Notes: generated by a model not told the origin, from the letters alone. DNA of 64,000 nucleotides from Octopus vulgaris (GCA_951406725.2 OX597819.1:16182001-16246000), one strand, 5' to 3'; shown: positions 25,018 to 39,065, numbered from the stretch's first letter. Numbers and translations are program-made.

Positions 25018-25712
25018 AAAAAATTTTTCAGAATGAGATAAAAAACCAAGTCTGTGAAGATTTTAGAACATTTATAAATAGAACGTCTTACAGTTGTTTC
25101 CGGGATATTTTATGTCCCTTCATCGGAGACGATGTGAGATAATGGTTAAGCAATAGTTAATTTAGATAAGATACGAAATAGAGAGTGAAGTGGAGGAATG
25201 AAAATAGATGTGAGATATGTAGGGATATTGCATCTGTAGATCCATTATTTAGGCAGAATGGTATACATATAAGATTTCAATACCTTGTGAGTAAGTTCCA
25301 ATAGTATTTAGAATTGGTCAATCCAAGTATAGAGTTTGTATGCAGTGGTATTGAATCAATGGTTTTATTTATTTATTTAAATAGCACTATGTGCAAACTC
25401 TATACTTGGAATAACCAATTTTAAATACTACTGGATTTTACTCACAAGGTATTGGAATCTTATATGTATACCATTCTGCCTAGATAATGGATCTACAAAT
25501 GCAATATCCCTTCATACGTCACATCTATTTTCATTTCTCCACTTTACTCTCTATTTCGTATCTTGTCTAAATTAATTATATTGCTTAATTATTTTCTCAC
25601 ACGGTCTCCGATGAAAGTTTATAATAAATATTCTTGAAACAGCTGTAAGCCCTATTTATAAATGTTCTAAAATCTTCATAGCCTTGGCTTTTTATCTCAT
25701 TCGGAAAAAAAT
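25018..25712. repeat. Long diverged inverted repeat (about 345-bp arms) of a PLE-like terminal repeat, with a hammerhead variant in each arm
   Basis: Arms pair over their whole length (centre about 25365). Minus 25084-25131 CGTCT-CCGATGA-AGGGACAT..ATATCCCG-GAAAC-AACT-GTA-AGACG; plus 25603-25652 counterpart. Confidence 0.9.
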
Positions 25713-25748
25713 TATATATATGTATATGTCTGTGGGCGGTGCGTGTAT

Positions 25749-26489
25749 GTTTTTCTGTTCTTATGAATATTTTCGCATTCAACTCACAGTCATGTTTGAG
25801 TGATATGTATCATCCATGCAACATGGTAATTTTTTTTATAATATGTTCCAGACCAATACAGGGAAATTGCATTTTCGCCGGTGTATAAATATACGCTCTC
25901 TTGATTTTAAAGCAGTTTGGTAAGTGCCAACGCAAGAAGCTCTCAGTCCTTGAGCATAAATAGGATAGAACATCCTTATATTGCATAAAAATTTGTTTGC
26001 GGCCAGCCATGAGAGTCGAACTCCCATCTCTGGGATTACTGGTCAAGTGTTTTACTTTTAAGCTAAACTGCTCACTAACAAATTCTTCTGCAATGTTTGA
26101 ACTTATAAATCTTAGGCAAAGAAGCAAGAATTAGGTAATCCATTAACTTGTAGTTGTTTCTCTTATTAGATGCTGTGTACTCAGAGCCGAGTGCTTGTGC
26201 AACATCTTATAGCTTCCCTGCAGCCATTAGAATAAAGTGTATGTTTATTTTGGAAACCTTTTAAATATGCACATAGATGTATATACGTATGTACGAGTTT
26301 TTTTCTTTTTAAATAATTAATCGGCAAAAGTAACAGAGTAACTCAAGGACTGAGAGTTTCTTGCGTTGGCACTTACCAAACTGCTGTAAAATCAAGAGAG
26401 CGTATATCTATACACCGGCGAAAATGATACATATCACTCAAATGTGACAGTGAGTTGAGTGCGAAAATATTCATGAGAACAGGAAAAAC
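25749..26489. repeat. Inverted repeat (about 150 bp paired) enclosing a tRNA-like segment at 25999-26075 (-)
   Basis: 25749-25953 (with an insertion of about 55 bp) pairs with 26342-26489. Spacer minus strand GAGCAGTTTAGCTTAAAAGTAAAACACTTGACCAGTAATCCCAGAGATGGGAGTTCGACTCTC has A- and B-box-like motifs. Confidence 0.8.
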
Positions 26490-27933
26490 TTTGCTTGCAG
26501 TATTCACTTTGAAACATCTTATAACATCAGAAACAGTTACAAACCTTGCAAGTATTGAAATCAACCAATAGCAGCAGCTTAGGCAGTAGATACTTGCGTA
26601 ACGTGCTCTGATTTTGCTGAAGTGAATCCAACAACCACCTGTAGCTCCCTACTTTAACGTAAAAACTTTAAATATCCTTAAGTCGAACTATTACAAGGTG
26701 AATTTGCTGTGGTTACTGGCAACCAACAGTACAGCTTTATTGATCTACTTAAGATGTTCATTTTGCAATTACGCAGCGTCGGACTCCTTTCCACCGTACG
26801 CCATCTTGAGCAAGTGTTTTGTGTTGTACCCTAGGGAGTGAAATTTGATTGACAGAAACTACGTGTGTGTGTGTATTTATATACACTCATATAATCTCAC
26901 ATATTTGCACTCAAGTGGGAGCCGCCTTTAACGTTGTTCATTCTGCTGTAGGCATTTGGGCCAGGTCATCCAACTCTCTTCCTGGCACAATTCTCAATGG
27001 CTCTGGGAAGGGTGCTGCTGCACTTCATCCACTTAAAATAAAAGTATTTCCTCAAATTTCTTCACACTATCTCCTTCCCTCTTGTAGATTCATCAGTCAC
27101 TAATCTTGCTGCATTCGCGGAAGTCTTTGATGAATCGGTTGTTGTTGTTGTTGTTGTTTAACCCCAGGTCAACTTCGAGCCATCAAACCTATGATTTAAG
27201 ACATTTCCGTTGTTAGCATCCCGTCTATCTGTGAGCAATACATTGTCCAACGTTTTGCTCCATTTCTAAGACGTTGGTGGGGCTTCACTTGGGGGAGAAT
27301 TGGCTGCTAATTCTAACAGTTTGAGTTCTCATGAAGCGGATTTCCCATTGACTCGTGGAGAAAGTGATTCATACAGCTGGAGCAACACTTATACTTAACG
27401 TTAAAAGCAAGCAATGAGTCATGAAAGCTTTTCCACTGAGTCGCTCTTCTCCTTGTTCGCCACGAGAATTGTTTGTGTATTCACTAAGCATATATTTATT
27501 GCGGTATCACCAAAGGATGCATTTTTGAAATTGCATCTGCCATGTTTCTGGCAATAAAGGATATGAATTCTTTCCAAGTCTTCCTTTCTGTTTTCAGTTA
27601 AAAATTCGTGGGATGGAAACTGAATTCTTTCTTCATACCACCACGATGTGAAAAACACATTGAAAAGGAAGGTGTCAACCGTTTCAACCGACTACATATA
27701 TATATATATATGTGTGTGTGTGTGTACACACAGAGAGGAAGAGAGAGAGAGAGATACATACATATATATGTGTTATGTATTGTATGTATGGCAAGATGTT
27801 ATATCGTAAAGTGATGACATGCAGTGTTTACTGGGGCCTTCATTCAACATTTACAGTCAACGTCGTTGTCATCATCAACATCATCATCAAATCACAACCA
27901 CCTTCATCCTCCTCCTCCTCCTACTACAACTAT

Positions 27934-27977
<44 letters not shown>

Positions 27978-28309
27978 CAGACAACATCCTCGTCAAGTCC
28001 AGCCGCCCACGGCGCACCCCTCGGAATGGAGCATCTACATAACTGCACCCGTTGTACAACTGCTTCTCTCATATCCGTTTGATTCGCAATTTCCCATCTG
28101 ATATTCTACTACCACCCACCCTTAAGCCACCCTAAAATACCATCCAGCTCCCTATCTATCGCACGCTCACACCCTCCATCTAACCGCAGCTCCCTCTAGC
28201 GAGGCCGTCACCCCTCTTACAATTCTTCCTTTGAACCACACAACACAATTTTTTTCCATTTATATCTGCCACATGAATTTTATTGCAGTAATTGTTCACT
28301 GATGTTGTA

Positions 28310-28399
<90 letters not shown>

Positions 28400-28489
28400 G
28401 TATCTATCCATCTATCTATCTATCTATCCATCTATGTATCCATCCATCTATGTATCCATCCATCTATCTATCCATCTATGTATCCATCC

Positions 28490-28532
<43 letters not shown>

Positions 28533-28596
28533 CAGTCTGTCTGTCTATCTATCTGTCTGTCTGCTTCTCTACATACATACAAATGTGTGTATACAT

Positions 28597-28627
<31 letters not shown>

Positions 28628-28685
28628 TGACACACACACATACATATATACATACAGTCATATATATTTACATGCATGTGTAACA

Positions 28686-28729
<44 letters not shown>

Positions 28730-29360
28730 TTCATATATTACAAAGTGATGAATGTATTTTTACATTTAATATACAGAATCAGACGTTCAATGCCCCACCC
28801 TGTCACACACCTGCATCTTCCGCTCTTCTCTTGTATTATTCTCTCTCTCTCTCTCTCTTGCACGCTCGCCTTTCTCTTTCAATAATAATACCTGCACACA
28901 CACATACATATATTATATATATGTATACATACATATATATATTCTTTCACTTGTTTTATCATTTCACTGCGGCCATGCTGGAGCACCGCCTTAAAGGGTG
29001 TTAGTCGAAGAAATCGACTCCAGGACTTATTCTTTGTAAGCCAGGTACTTATTCTGTCGGTCTTTTTTTTTTTGCCTAATATAAGATATTTATGTTTGTT
29101 TTTATGCCAAACTATCATAAAAACAAGTCCGATGAAGGCTAAGCAACTTCGAAGTTACCGTCAACACTATTCTTGTTAGAATAGAGTATGAGTGTAAATA
29201 TATATATATATATATGTATGAGTGTGTTTATGTATGTATGTATGTATGCATGTATGTATGTATGTATGTATGTATGTATGTATGAATGTATGAATGTATA
29301 TATATATATACACACACACACATATATATACATATATATACACGCACTTATATTTATATA

Positions 29361-29405
<45 letters not shown>

Positions 29406-29476
29406 TATGTGGCCACAGGACGTCATGTGTGTGTGTGTACATACATGCATACACACACATATATATCTATGTGGAC

Positions 29477-29579
<103 letters not shown>

Positions 29580-30333
29580 TATATACATATATGCGTATGT
29601 AAATGTACATATATAATGTATATCTATATATAATATAATATATTATACACACACACACACACATATAGATATACATACGTGCGCGCACGCACACACGCAC
29701 ACACATATGACATAAGATGTAAGAGCAGTCAGCAGTAAAGTCAGACACCATATCAACACAGCTGTGCCTCAGCTGCTAACCCTTAACCTAAAAATATATA
29801 AAAACAAAAAAAAAAACAATTGAAACGAAACGAAACAGAAGAAAATATAACAAAAAAAAATAAATAATAAAAAAATAAAATAAGCAAAATAAAAAAAAAA
29901 AAAACGCGAAATGAAAATTATACAAAAAAATAAACAATTACGAAAAAACTTGGATGGAAAAAAATAAAATGAAGAAATATCTATGCAGAAAGAAACCAAA
30001 ACCAAAATGCCGTCCCCTCAGCTAGCAAAACAACAACAACAACAAATGGAAAAGAAAAAATATTGTTGTTAATGTGGTGGTGGTGGTGGTGGTGGTGGTG
30101 GTAGGGTGGCTGGTATGTGGGAGGGAAATGGTAGAGACATCAACTGAAGGAAGTGAGAGAATTTTTAACCCGAATGTTTTAAGTTCGTTTTGTTTGGTTC
30201 GTGTTTTGGTTGATGTTTGGGTTCTGTTCAAAGATTTTAGTAATGACGGATTAAGGGGTTTTTTTTTTTTTTTTGTTTTCTCCACAGATTATCTTAGATC
30301 AGTAGCAGCGAATGTTTTCGAAAAAGCCTACGT

Positions 30334-30371
<38 letters not shown>

Positions 30372-30393
30372 CGTGTTCGTGTACGCGCACACA

Positions 30394-30463
<70 letters not shown>

Positions 30464-30473
30464 GACACACATA

Positions 30474-30531
<58 letters not shown>

Positions 30532-30568
30532 CACACACAAACACACGCACACACACATACTCACACAT

Positions 30569-30601
<33 letters not shown>

Positions 30602-31129
30602 AACATTTTTTCGTTTCAATATTCAGTGGGTGTGTTTTGTTTGCTAATACATTCGTATAACACTCCGTTCCTATGTTTATAATTTGATGATGCGAAACTA
30701 CGCTTCAAATTCTTGCTCAAATGAACAACTTTTGGAGATAAACAAATGAAATACGATAGCCGTGTGTGTGTGTGTGTGTGTGTGCGCGTGTGTGTGTGCG
30801 TGCGCGCGTGCGATTCGTTTTGAAATGCAGCATGTTATGTTTCGATTTCATCTTTCGATCGATGATGTCAATGGAGCGAAACATGCTACAGTTTGTCTCA
30901 AATCATTAAAATTATTAATTACATATTATAATTCTTGCCGTTTTTACGAAGTGAGTGTTTTTTTTGTTTTTTTTTTACCAACATAAAAAGGTGAGAATGT
31001 TTGTCAGGGCTGAGCATTCATTGATTCAAATCAATTGTTGCCGTTACGTTGAGTTGTGGGTTAAGATATTCGTATTTGGCAACAACAGAAAATCATTCGC
31101 CAGTGTTTGGTAAGAGAATTTCGTAGTTC

Positions 31130-32060
31130 AGCTGCATGTCTGTGCTTGTCTCCATCAATCTCTCGTCTCTTGCATCAGAACCTTTCTGTCAAATCGCACC
31201 ATCATAACGGAGATGGATGGAAGTCTCGCTCGGCAACACTCTCACATATTTAGTATGCCTCAATGTTCGGTTACGTCACCGACACCGTTTCTGTTTTACA
31301 CGAACGATCTTCTTGCCATCAATTCCAATAAAGCTCACTCCACCCACATAGATTATCCTCACCCACCTTATATCACTCTTCCATATCCTTCCGCACACAT
31401 GTGTCATCCATATGCAACCTAGACGCCGCTCACTCACCAAACCTGCACTTTTAGAATGAACAAAAACCTCGAAAGCATTCTGTAATGGGAACATATCAAT
31501 CTTATCTCCCTCAACACTACATAAACACAATATCACAACACATGTCAAAGAAACACCCATGTACCTCTACCCTAATCATAAACAATACACAGCTAAACCC
31601 CTTCAGCTAACTACAAAATGTAGACATCTCAGCCAGTGAGGCTCTCCCCTGGTGATCTCACAGGCCAACGTAGCAATGATTTCGTCGCAAACATGAAATC
31701 TCTTAAGAACCAGAAAGTACTTCAACCGCCAGTTACTACTAACCCCAAGTAAGACCCCCAATAAAACACTGGTACCCTACTTGGAACGGTGCTGCTGCTG
31801 TTTCATTTAAACAGTATCCTTCACTCCAAAAGTCACTTGAATAACTTAACCTCTGCCTCACAGAACCTCTGTCTTCTACCCTACCCTTTGGAGTTAGCTA
31901 ATTGGCTGCTATTTCTGCCTATCCTCAAACCATACACATGTCTCCTCTCTTCTTATCACCGATATTATCACCCCGCCCCCTCGGGCCTTGGTTTTTATCT
32001 CCATGCTCAGTCACTCTGCCCTGCAAATTTCCTGCTCGTTCCTGTTTTCCCGGCAGTAGA
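31130..32060 (+). mobile_element. Highly degenerate APE-type LINE (CR1/Jockey group) RT remnant
   Basis: ORF 31213-31422 SMPQCSVTSPTPFLFYTNDLL resembles GVPQGSVLSPTLFLxYINDL. Confidence 0.6.
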
Positions 32061-32709
32061 TTAAGATAGATAGCAACTGCCTTGGACTCACTTGTTTCAC
32101 TTGGGTCACGAAGGGCTCAGCTCCTTCCTTTTGACTGAATTATTAAAAGAACCCTTTGTTTTACATCCCTTTAGTCTACCTAGCATGTAAGTGTGAGAGG
32201 GGGTGTCAAATCAGTTGCGTACGGTCTTAAAACGAAGTCAGTGCACGAGCTGTCAAGAGTCGGTATCAACCTGTTCTCTTCCAACCTCGGTTCACAGCTC
32301 AATTATCTGTCGGAATTAATTACTAAATTGGTTAGTCTTAGACTTCAATACTCAAATCAGTCCACCTCGATGTCAGTAACAGCTTCCGGATCTGTTTGGT
32401 TCCATTTCGAACCTTAGTCTACCAGTTAGTTTATCTAGTTGTCAATAGTTGGTTTTCCTATCAATGTGATTTTGTCTCTGATCATAGCCCTCCAATATGC
32501 GACCAGAGTCCACTTAGGTTTCGAGGAAAGATGTCTGATCGAACCGTTCAATCTCAGAACTTGGCAAGCAATCAATCTGATTTACTTTCTTGCCAGAGTC
32601 AACCAGTCAAATCACTTTGATGTCAAGAACAGGAAACGGATGAACCCGTTCGCTGTTTCGCTCCCTACGGGACCTGATTAAACTACAGTTCGATTCGCGG
32701 CTCTGATTG

Positions 32710-32829
32710 TTCTTTTGTCTGTTTCAGTCATTTGACTGCGGAGCACCACCTTTTAGTCGAACAGATCGACCCCAGGACTTATTCAGAACCGCTAAGTTAC
32801 AGAGACGTAAACACACAAGCTTACGCACG

Positions 32830-32896
<67 letters not shown>

Positions 32897-33047
32897 GACA
32901 AGCTTCTTTCAGTTTCCGTCTACCAAATCCATTCACAAGGCTTTAGTCGACCTGAGGCTATAGTAGAAGACACTTGCCCAATGTGCCACTCAGTGAGACT
33001 GAACTCGGAACCATGTGGTTGGTAAGCAAGCTATGACCACACAGCCA
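32710..33047 (-). mobile_element. SINE family B, internally deleted
   Basis: Reverse complement of family B head and tail. Confidence 0.75.
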
Positions 33048-33319
33048 AAAACACATATACGTGTGTGTGTGCGTGAGTGTATGCATGTGCTCGGTATGTG
33101 AATGCATGTATATATGTATATATGTATGTATGTAGGTATGTATGTTTGTATATATGTATGTATGTACGTGTGTGTGTGTGAGTGTATGTATGTGCGTGTG
33201 TGTGAGTGTATGTATGTGTGGTGTGTGTTGTGCACGCGCGCATGTGTGTAGTGTATGAAACAGAAAATTTGTTTTCGTAGCAATTTTGTAAGCAATGTCG
33301 TTGATGTCGTCAGCATGCG

Positions 33320-33992
33320 GGGCAGAATGCTTTGAGGTATTTCATTTTCCTTGAAGTTCTGAGTTCAATCTCCGCTGAGGTTGACTTGGCCTTTTCATCC
33401 TTTCTGATGCAATCCATTAGCCCCTTCCCTTAAAAAATTTCAGGCCCTGTGCCTTATGGTAGAAGTGATTATTATCATTATCGTTGAAGACATTCCGTCG
33501 AGGTCGACCTTGCCGTTCATCCTTTCGGGGTCGATTAAATAAGTACCAGTTATGCACTGGGGTCGATATAATCGACTTAATCCGTTTCTCTGTCCTTGTT
33601 TGTCCCCTCTGTGTTTAGCCCCTTGTGGGTAGTAAAGAAATAGGTATTTCGTCTGCTGTTACGTTCTGAGTTCAAATTCCGTCTTGGTCGACTTTGCCTT
33701 TCATCCTTTCGGGGTCGATGAATTAAGTACCAGTTACGCACTGGGGTTGATATAATCGACTTAATCTGTTTGTCTGTCATTGTTTGTCCTCTCTGTGTTT
33801 AGCCCCATGCGGGTGGTGAAGAAATAGGTATTTCGTCCGTCTTTACGTTCTGGGTTGAAATTCCGCCGAGATCGGCTTTGCCTTTCATCCTTTCGGGGTC
33901 GATTTAATAAGTACCAGTTGAGTACTGGGGTCGATGTAGTCGACTTAACCCCTCCCCCGAACTTACTGGCCTTGTGACAAAATTTGAAACCA
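33320..33992 (+). mobile_element. Tandem array of SINE family A bodies (period about 184 bp)
   Basis: GCCTTTCATCCTTTCGGGGTCGAT..AAGTACCAGTT..CTGGGGTCGAT recurs near 33512, 33696 and 33880; a diverged copy lies at 33390. Confidence 0.85.
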
Positions 33993-34211
33993 AGGAAATT
34001 GTGTGGATTGATAAGATTTGTAGCTTTGCAGTATTTATCCACGGCTTTCCGTGTTCAAATCCTGCTTGTTAACTTTAGGGTGCCAGAATAGGAAATGTAG
34101 CAATCATTAAAAACTGTTATTTCGCTGCCTCAATTACTGGTATCAGTATGGTCTCTTAGACACGAGACCATTGTAACATATCAGGTACTGTGCCAAACTA
34201 GTTGTACATTG

Positions 34212-34522
34212 GGTACTTTTTGGTTATCTCACTCCCATTAAAAAATTGGGTTATCTTCTTTCTCCAACTAAAAAAATTGTTTAACCCTCAATAAAACAAA
34301 ACAAAACAAAGACAAAATGAAAAATTAATAAACATGAAAAGTGAATCTAATAACATTTTTATAACAAATCCTACCATTATTTACATTATTTACATTTGAC
34401 GGATATTTGTCCTCATCTTGTTTGTTGTTAACACGTTTCGGCTGATATACCATCCAGCCTTCATCAGGTGTCTTGTGGAAATTTCGAACCTGGGTTCTCA
34501 TTCCTAAGATATTTTCCGATGC

Positions 34523-34574
<52 letters not shown>

Positions 34575-34754
34575 TTCTCTCTAGTTTCAGTTCACCGCCG
34601 TTTAAAGGATGAAAGGCAAAGTTGACCTCGGTGGAATTTGAACACCGAATCTCAATACGGTCTTTTAATCCAAACTCTTGTCGCCACATAAACTCGATTT
34701 TTTAGTGGGGAGATAACTCAGTTTTTAATGGGGTTGAGATAACCAAAAGGTACC
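34212..34754. mobile_element. MITE-like element with terminal inverted repeats of about 65 bp
   Basis: GGTACTTTTTGGTTATCTCACTCCCATTAAAAAATTGGGTTATCT.. pairs with ..AGATAACTCAGTTTTTAATGGGGTTGAGATAACCAAAAGGTACC. Confidence 0.75.
34428..34473 (-). ncRNA. Hammerhead motif with intact core but apparently deleted cleavage triplet
   Basis: GACAC-CTGATGA-AGGCTG-GATGGTATAT-CAGCC-GAAAC-GTGTT; the stem I partner GTGTT follows GAAAC directly. Confidence 0.65.
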
Positions 34755-35330
34755 TGATATTGAAACAGTAGTAGCAGTCATTGTAGTTATCGTAGTAGTA
34801 TCAGTGGTGTTGTTGTGATCGTAGTAGTAGTAGTAGTTGTTGATTTTGCTAATGTCACTGTTACTTAGAGCTCTCTAATGGGAAAGCTTTTAGGCTGCTG
34901 TGAGACCTACGAGAAATAGCAGCCAAAACCTTGGTACTGTGGAAAACGGTCAAACAGAATTGTTAATGTAAGCTACTGGTACACAAAAAGACAGGATGGT
35001 CATGTCAGGAACACTTTTGAACCTGTTTAATTTAGAGTTGGGTCAAATCTGGGGCTAAATAACAACTGAAATACCACCACCATCTCCTGCCATTGCCGAC
35101 ACCACCCTATTCCCCCCACCACCACCACCAACACCCACTCCACCCGCCACCTAAAACAACAACACGTGTAGCAACACTTCAAAGTAAGACTGTTGAGTGT
35201 AGTGTGATATTCAAGTGTTGTAGAGAGGTTGTCCTCTCTCCCCTCCTCTCCTCCCAGGTGACGGAAGGGTGGGGAGTCGAAAGAACGAGAGTGAAGGGGA
35301 GGAGGAGGAAAGAAAAGGTAGGGACAGAGG

Positions 35331-35369
<39 letters not shown>

Positions 35370-36133
35370 TGGCAGGTTTTTTTTTTATATACTTACGTTG
35401 TTATTTTGGCAGGGGTCGAGCACATATTTTTTCGCTTGGACCCATACGGTCTTTCCCCCGCCACCTCGTCAGCCCCTTTGCCTTCTCGACCACCACCACT
35501 GCCACTACTACTACTACTACCACCGCCACCAACACCACCAATACCACCACCACCACCACCACCGCCGGAACATGTGGTGAAAGCTTGAAGTCTTCAGTGA
35601 AGTGTGTCAGGCGAGACGCATTGTCACACACACCTGCATCTATCTTCGTGATAGATGGCTGTTAGGACAGCAATGAGAGAGGGGGCAGGTGATGGTGGTG
35701 GTAGTAGTAGTAGTAATAGTAATAGTAATAGTAGTTGTTGCTGATATCGTTGTTTAGCCCCAGGTCTGATCTTATTCAGCAAGCGGACCCTATGCAGCGA
35801 GTTGGCTGAGTCGTAAGGGAGACGGAAAAATGCTGTATGGTATTAGTGCCGGTTCTTTTATATTCTGAGTTCAAATCTTGCTGAGGTCAATATTCCCTTT
35901 TATCCCTTCGAGACAGATAAAATAAAGTACCAATCAAATGCAGTGAACGAGCTAATCGACTAATCCTATCCTCTTAGAATTGTTGACCCTATGTTAAAAT
36001 TAGGGTTGCAATCTGGCGAAATAAAAAGTATCAGTTGAGCCCTGGTGTCGAGGTAATCCCTGTCTCTTCCCTTAATATTTTGGGTCTTGTTCTTATAGTG
36101 AAGAGGACCATTATTATTAATTATTATTATTAT

Positions 36134-36990
36134 TGCCTGTGCACAGTTTCTAACGCTGGAGATGTACTAAGGTATCACCTGTTCACTACCAGCGAACTAA
36201 GATAACACCTCTTATTTTCCGAGCACATTCCGGAGTATTCGAGCGGTTCCAAGCAGTGCTGTTTTCTGCAAGTGCTCCACCCTTATTCCAGCCCCTATTT
36301 GTTCCACGTACTTCACGAGATTTTTGCTCAATATTCCGACAATTATTGCTATTACTGCTACCTTTTTCATCGACTACAACTGCTTAACTTCCCAAGTTAA
36401 CCTGTCATATCTCTCGACTTTTCTTTCTCCCTTATCGCATAACTTGTTGTCAGTTGGGCATGCTATGTCTATGATCCAGCATTGATTGTTTTCTTTCACA
36501 ATTAAGACTATGTCTGGCTTCCTATTCTCTATCTCATGGTCGCACTGGATCATAAAATCCCATAGGATCATTGCATTTCTATTTTCGACGATGCCTTCGG
36601 GTTTGTGGTTGTGCCAATTGTTTGCTCTGTCAAGTCCATACCTATTGCAAAGTGTCCAATGGACAAGCCTGGCTATATTGTCGTGGCGTCTCTTATATTC
36701 CTTCTGGGCTAGTGGTGTACATTGGCTGGTAATATGCCATACGGTTTCACCGTTTTGTCCACAGATTCTGCACTTATCACTTTTTGCTGTGTTGTCCATT
36801 CTGTATTTTATATAGTTTGTTCTTAGAGCTTGCTCTTGGGCAACACAGATTAGAGCCTCCGTTTCCGGTTTTAAATCACTTTTAGTCATTCACAGTCATC
36901 TTTTTTCTCTGCCTGTCTTATCTTCAACATCCCTATGAAATTGTCCATGCATTCTTTTCTTTATCCATCTATTTTCAGTTTCATACGTTT
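36134..36990 (-). mobile_element. R4/Dong-type LINE 3' fragment (CCHC plus restriction-like endonuclease; ORF 36374-36889)
   Basis: TEALICVAQEQALRT, CRICGQNGETVWHITSQC, YKRRHD, WDF, KPDIVL..IIDIACP; both ends in (ATT)n. Confidence 0.92.
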
Positions 36991-37006
36991 TCAATTTCTT
37001 GTATTA

Positions 37007-37041
<35 letters not shown>

Positions 37042-37751
37042 GTTATTTTTATTATTGGGGCAAATATATTGGTTTCAATTTTTGCACAAGGCCAGCAATT
37101 TCGGGGATTAGATCGACGCCAGTATTCAACGGGTACTTTTTTTATCGACCCCGAAAGAATAGAAGCAAAGTTGACCTCGGCAGAGTTTGAACTCAAAACC
37201 TAAAGACAGATTAAATGCCACTAAACACTTTGCCTAGTTGCCGCCCTTTTTATTAAGGAAACATCCCAAAACTCTCAAGTTTCTGGCCATTTCCCTCTGT
37301 AAGAATTTGTTGACTTCAGGCTTAGACACAAAATCAGTAGTTTGGAGAGGGTAGGTGTAAGTCTATACCTTTGACCCGCAGTAGTTAACTGGTATTTTTA
37401 TTTCATTAACCCCGAAAGGACGAATGACAAAATTGACTTCGATAGGACATGAACTCAAGTCCTCTCGGCCAAAATGTCTTGCTGTATTACTTCCGGCTCT
37501 TTAAGGTTCTGTGCTCAAATCTCATTGAGATCAACATTGCCCTTTATCTTTTTTGGGAGTCGGTAAACTAAAGTAATTAGACAAACCCCCGAATCCCTCT
37601 AAATTTCAGGTCCACGTCTAAAAGCGATCGATTAACAGAATCGTTAAACGTCGGCAGAAAATGCTGTTCCGACTGTTAACGATTGAAATCATTTAATGAC
37701 GTCATCTCTACAGAGTTGATAAAATAAAGTACCATTTCAATATTCAATATT

Positions 37752-38190
37752 CATCATCATCATCATCTGATTGAGCTTGCTCGGACATTTTTAACTCGCA
37801 CACGCGACCCATCTCAGTCTTGCTTTAGTTGCGGAGGTCTTCAAAGAGGCATCAAATGTCCCTGGTGAGTTGATCTACACACGTTGTGTTCGGACGGCCA
37901 TGCTTTGGTATCCATAGCAGTAGGTCACTTGGCAGCTCTTGTTTAGCTTCCCACCAATGTCCCACAAAATGCAAACGCCTTTCCCTTATAATGGTGGGAA
38001 AAGACGGGAGATTTCTATACAGCTGTTTCGTGGTGGGATGAGTTCTAGAAAATATATTTAAAATTGCTCTTAACATTCGGGTTTAAGTTCTATCTGACTC
38101 GGATTCCAGTTTTTTGGTGAGCTGTTGCGCCTTAATATATAAAAAAAAAACTGACTCTACAGCAGCATGGAAAAAATTTTTATGACAAGG
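37752..38190 (-). mobile_element. RTE-clade LINE 3' fragment
   Basis: MLRAILNI..IIRERRLHFVGHWW..LLLWIPKHGRP; (GAT)n tail. Confidence 0.8.
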
Positions 38191-39008
38191 CTGATTCCCA
38201 GACAACATCCATTTCAATACGAAGTTCGATTTAATCGACTGTTCCTCTCATCACAAATTTTTGACCTTCTTATATTGTTTCTACAGTAATTGCTGATCTT
38301 GTAGTTGTTGATTTTCTTTAACTTTCAGATTAACCCTGACTTAACAGGCCAATAGTCAAAGGTAGGACCATCTAGTGGTGACCATCCTAATGTTTTTTTT
38401 TTTTTGGGTATAAGTATATCTAGGACTACATTATCCGATGTATACTTCACTTTTTCAGGCGGTATACTGTGATTTTTGGCAGCTGTGATATTGTTGTTGT
38501 TGTTGTCGGAAACATTCACAATGTTTCTTGTTGTGAAACAGGCATTTCTGGTGTTCTAACCCCTACCCGTACACCCCACTCTCTCTCTCTCTCTGGACAC
38601 ACAGACAAATACACACAAACTCACATACAGACGACAGATACGCAACCACACGTGAAACATACAGATACACGTTAAGACACAAACAATTTCATGTAAATAT
38701 ACACAACACAAACACAATTACATACACACACAAAACTACACACGCACAAATGCTTATACGCATTCACACAAATACACGTAAAACTACACGAACGCGCAAA
38801 CTCACACGCATTCATTATTACAGACACAAACAACACTATACACAAACTCATAGACACATTTGATCACATATAAACACTCTCACGGACAAATATACGCACA
38901 CAACCTCCCTACTCTCTCTATTTCGAACGTAGACACAGAAATATATACAAACACTGTCATTCACATCGACTACAGGTGTGTGTGCGTGCGCGCAACGAAC
39001 ACACGCGT

Positions 39009-39065
<57 letters not shown>

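Noticed and set aside
25999-26075. Functional tRNA gene
   Set aside because: Acceptor and D stems do not pair properly; treated as tRNA-derived only. The same applies to the SINE heads.
27824-28042. Ser/Pro/Thr-rich ORF
   Set aside because: Built from trinucleotide repeats; no splice or homology support.
30258-30330. Strong-looking acceptor TTTTGTTTTCTCCACAG at 30287
   Set aside because: No convincing downstream donor or recognisable peptide; needs RNA-seq.
32180-32700. Possible LTR or other repeat-like unique stretch
   Set aside because: No second copy, PBS, or coding motif visible in the window.
35258-35317. In-frame 60-nt candidate exon (VTEGWGVERTRVKGRRRKEK) with AG/GT borders
   Set aside because: Low-complexity purine tract and no homology; cannot be supported without transcripts.
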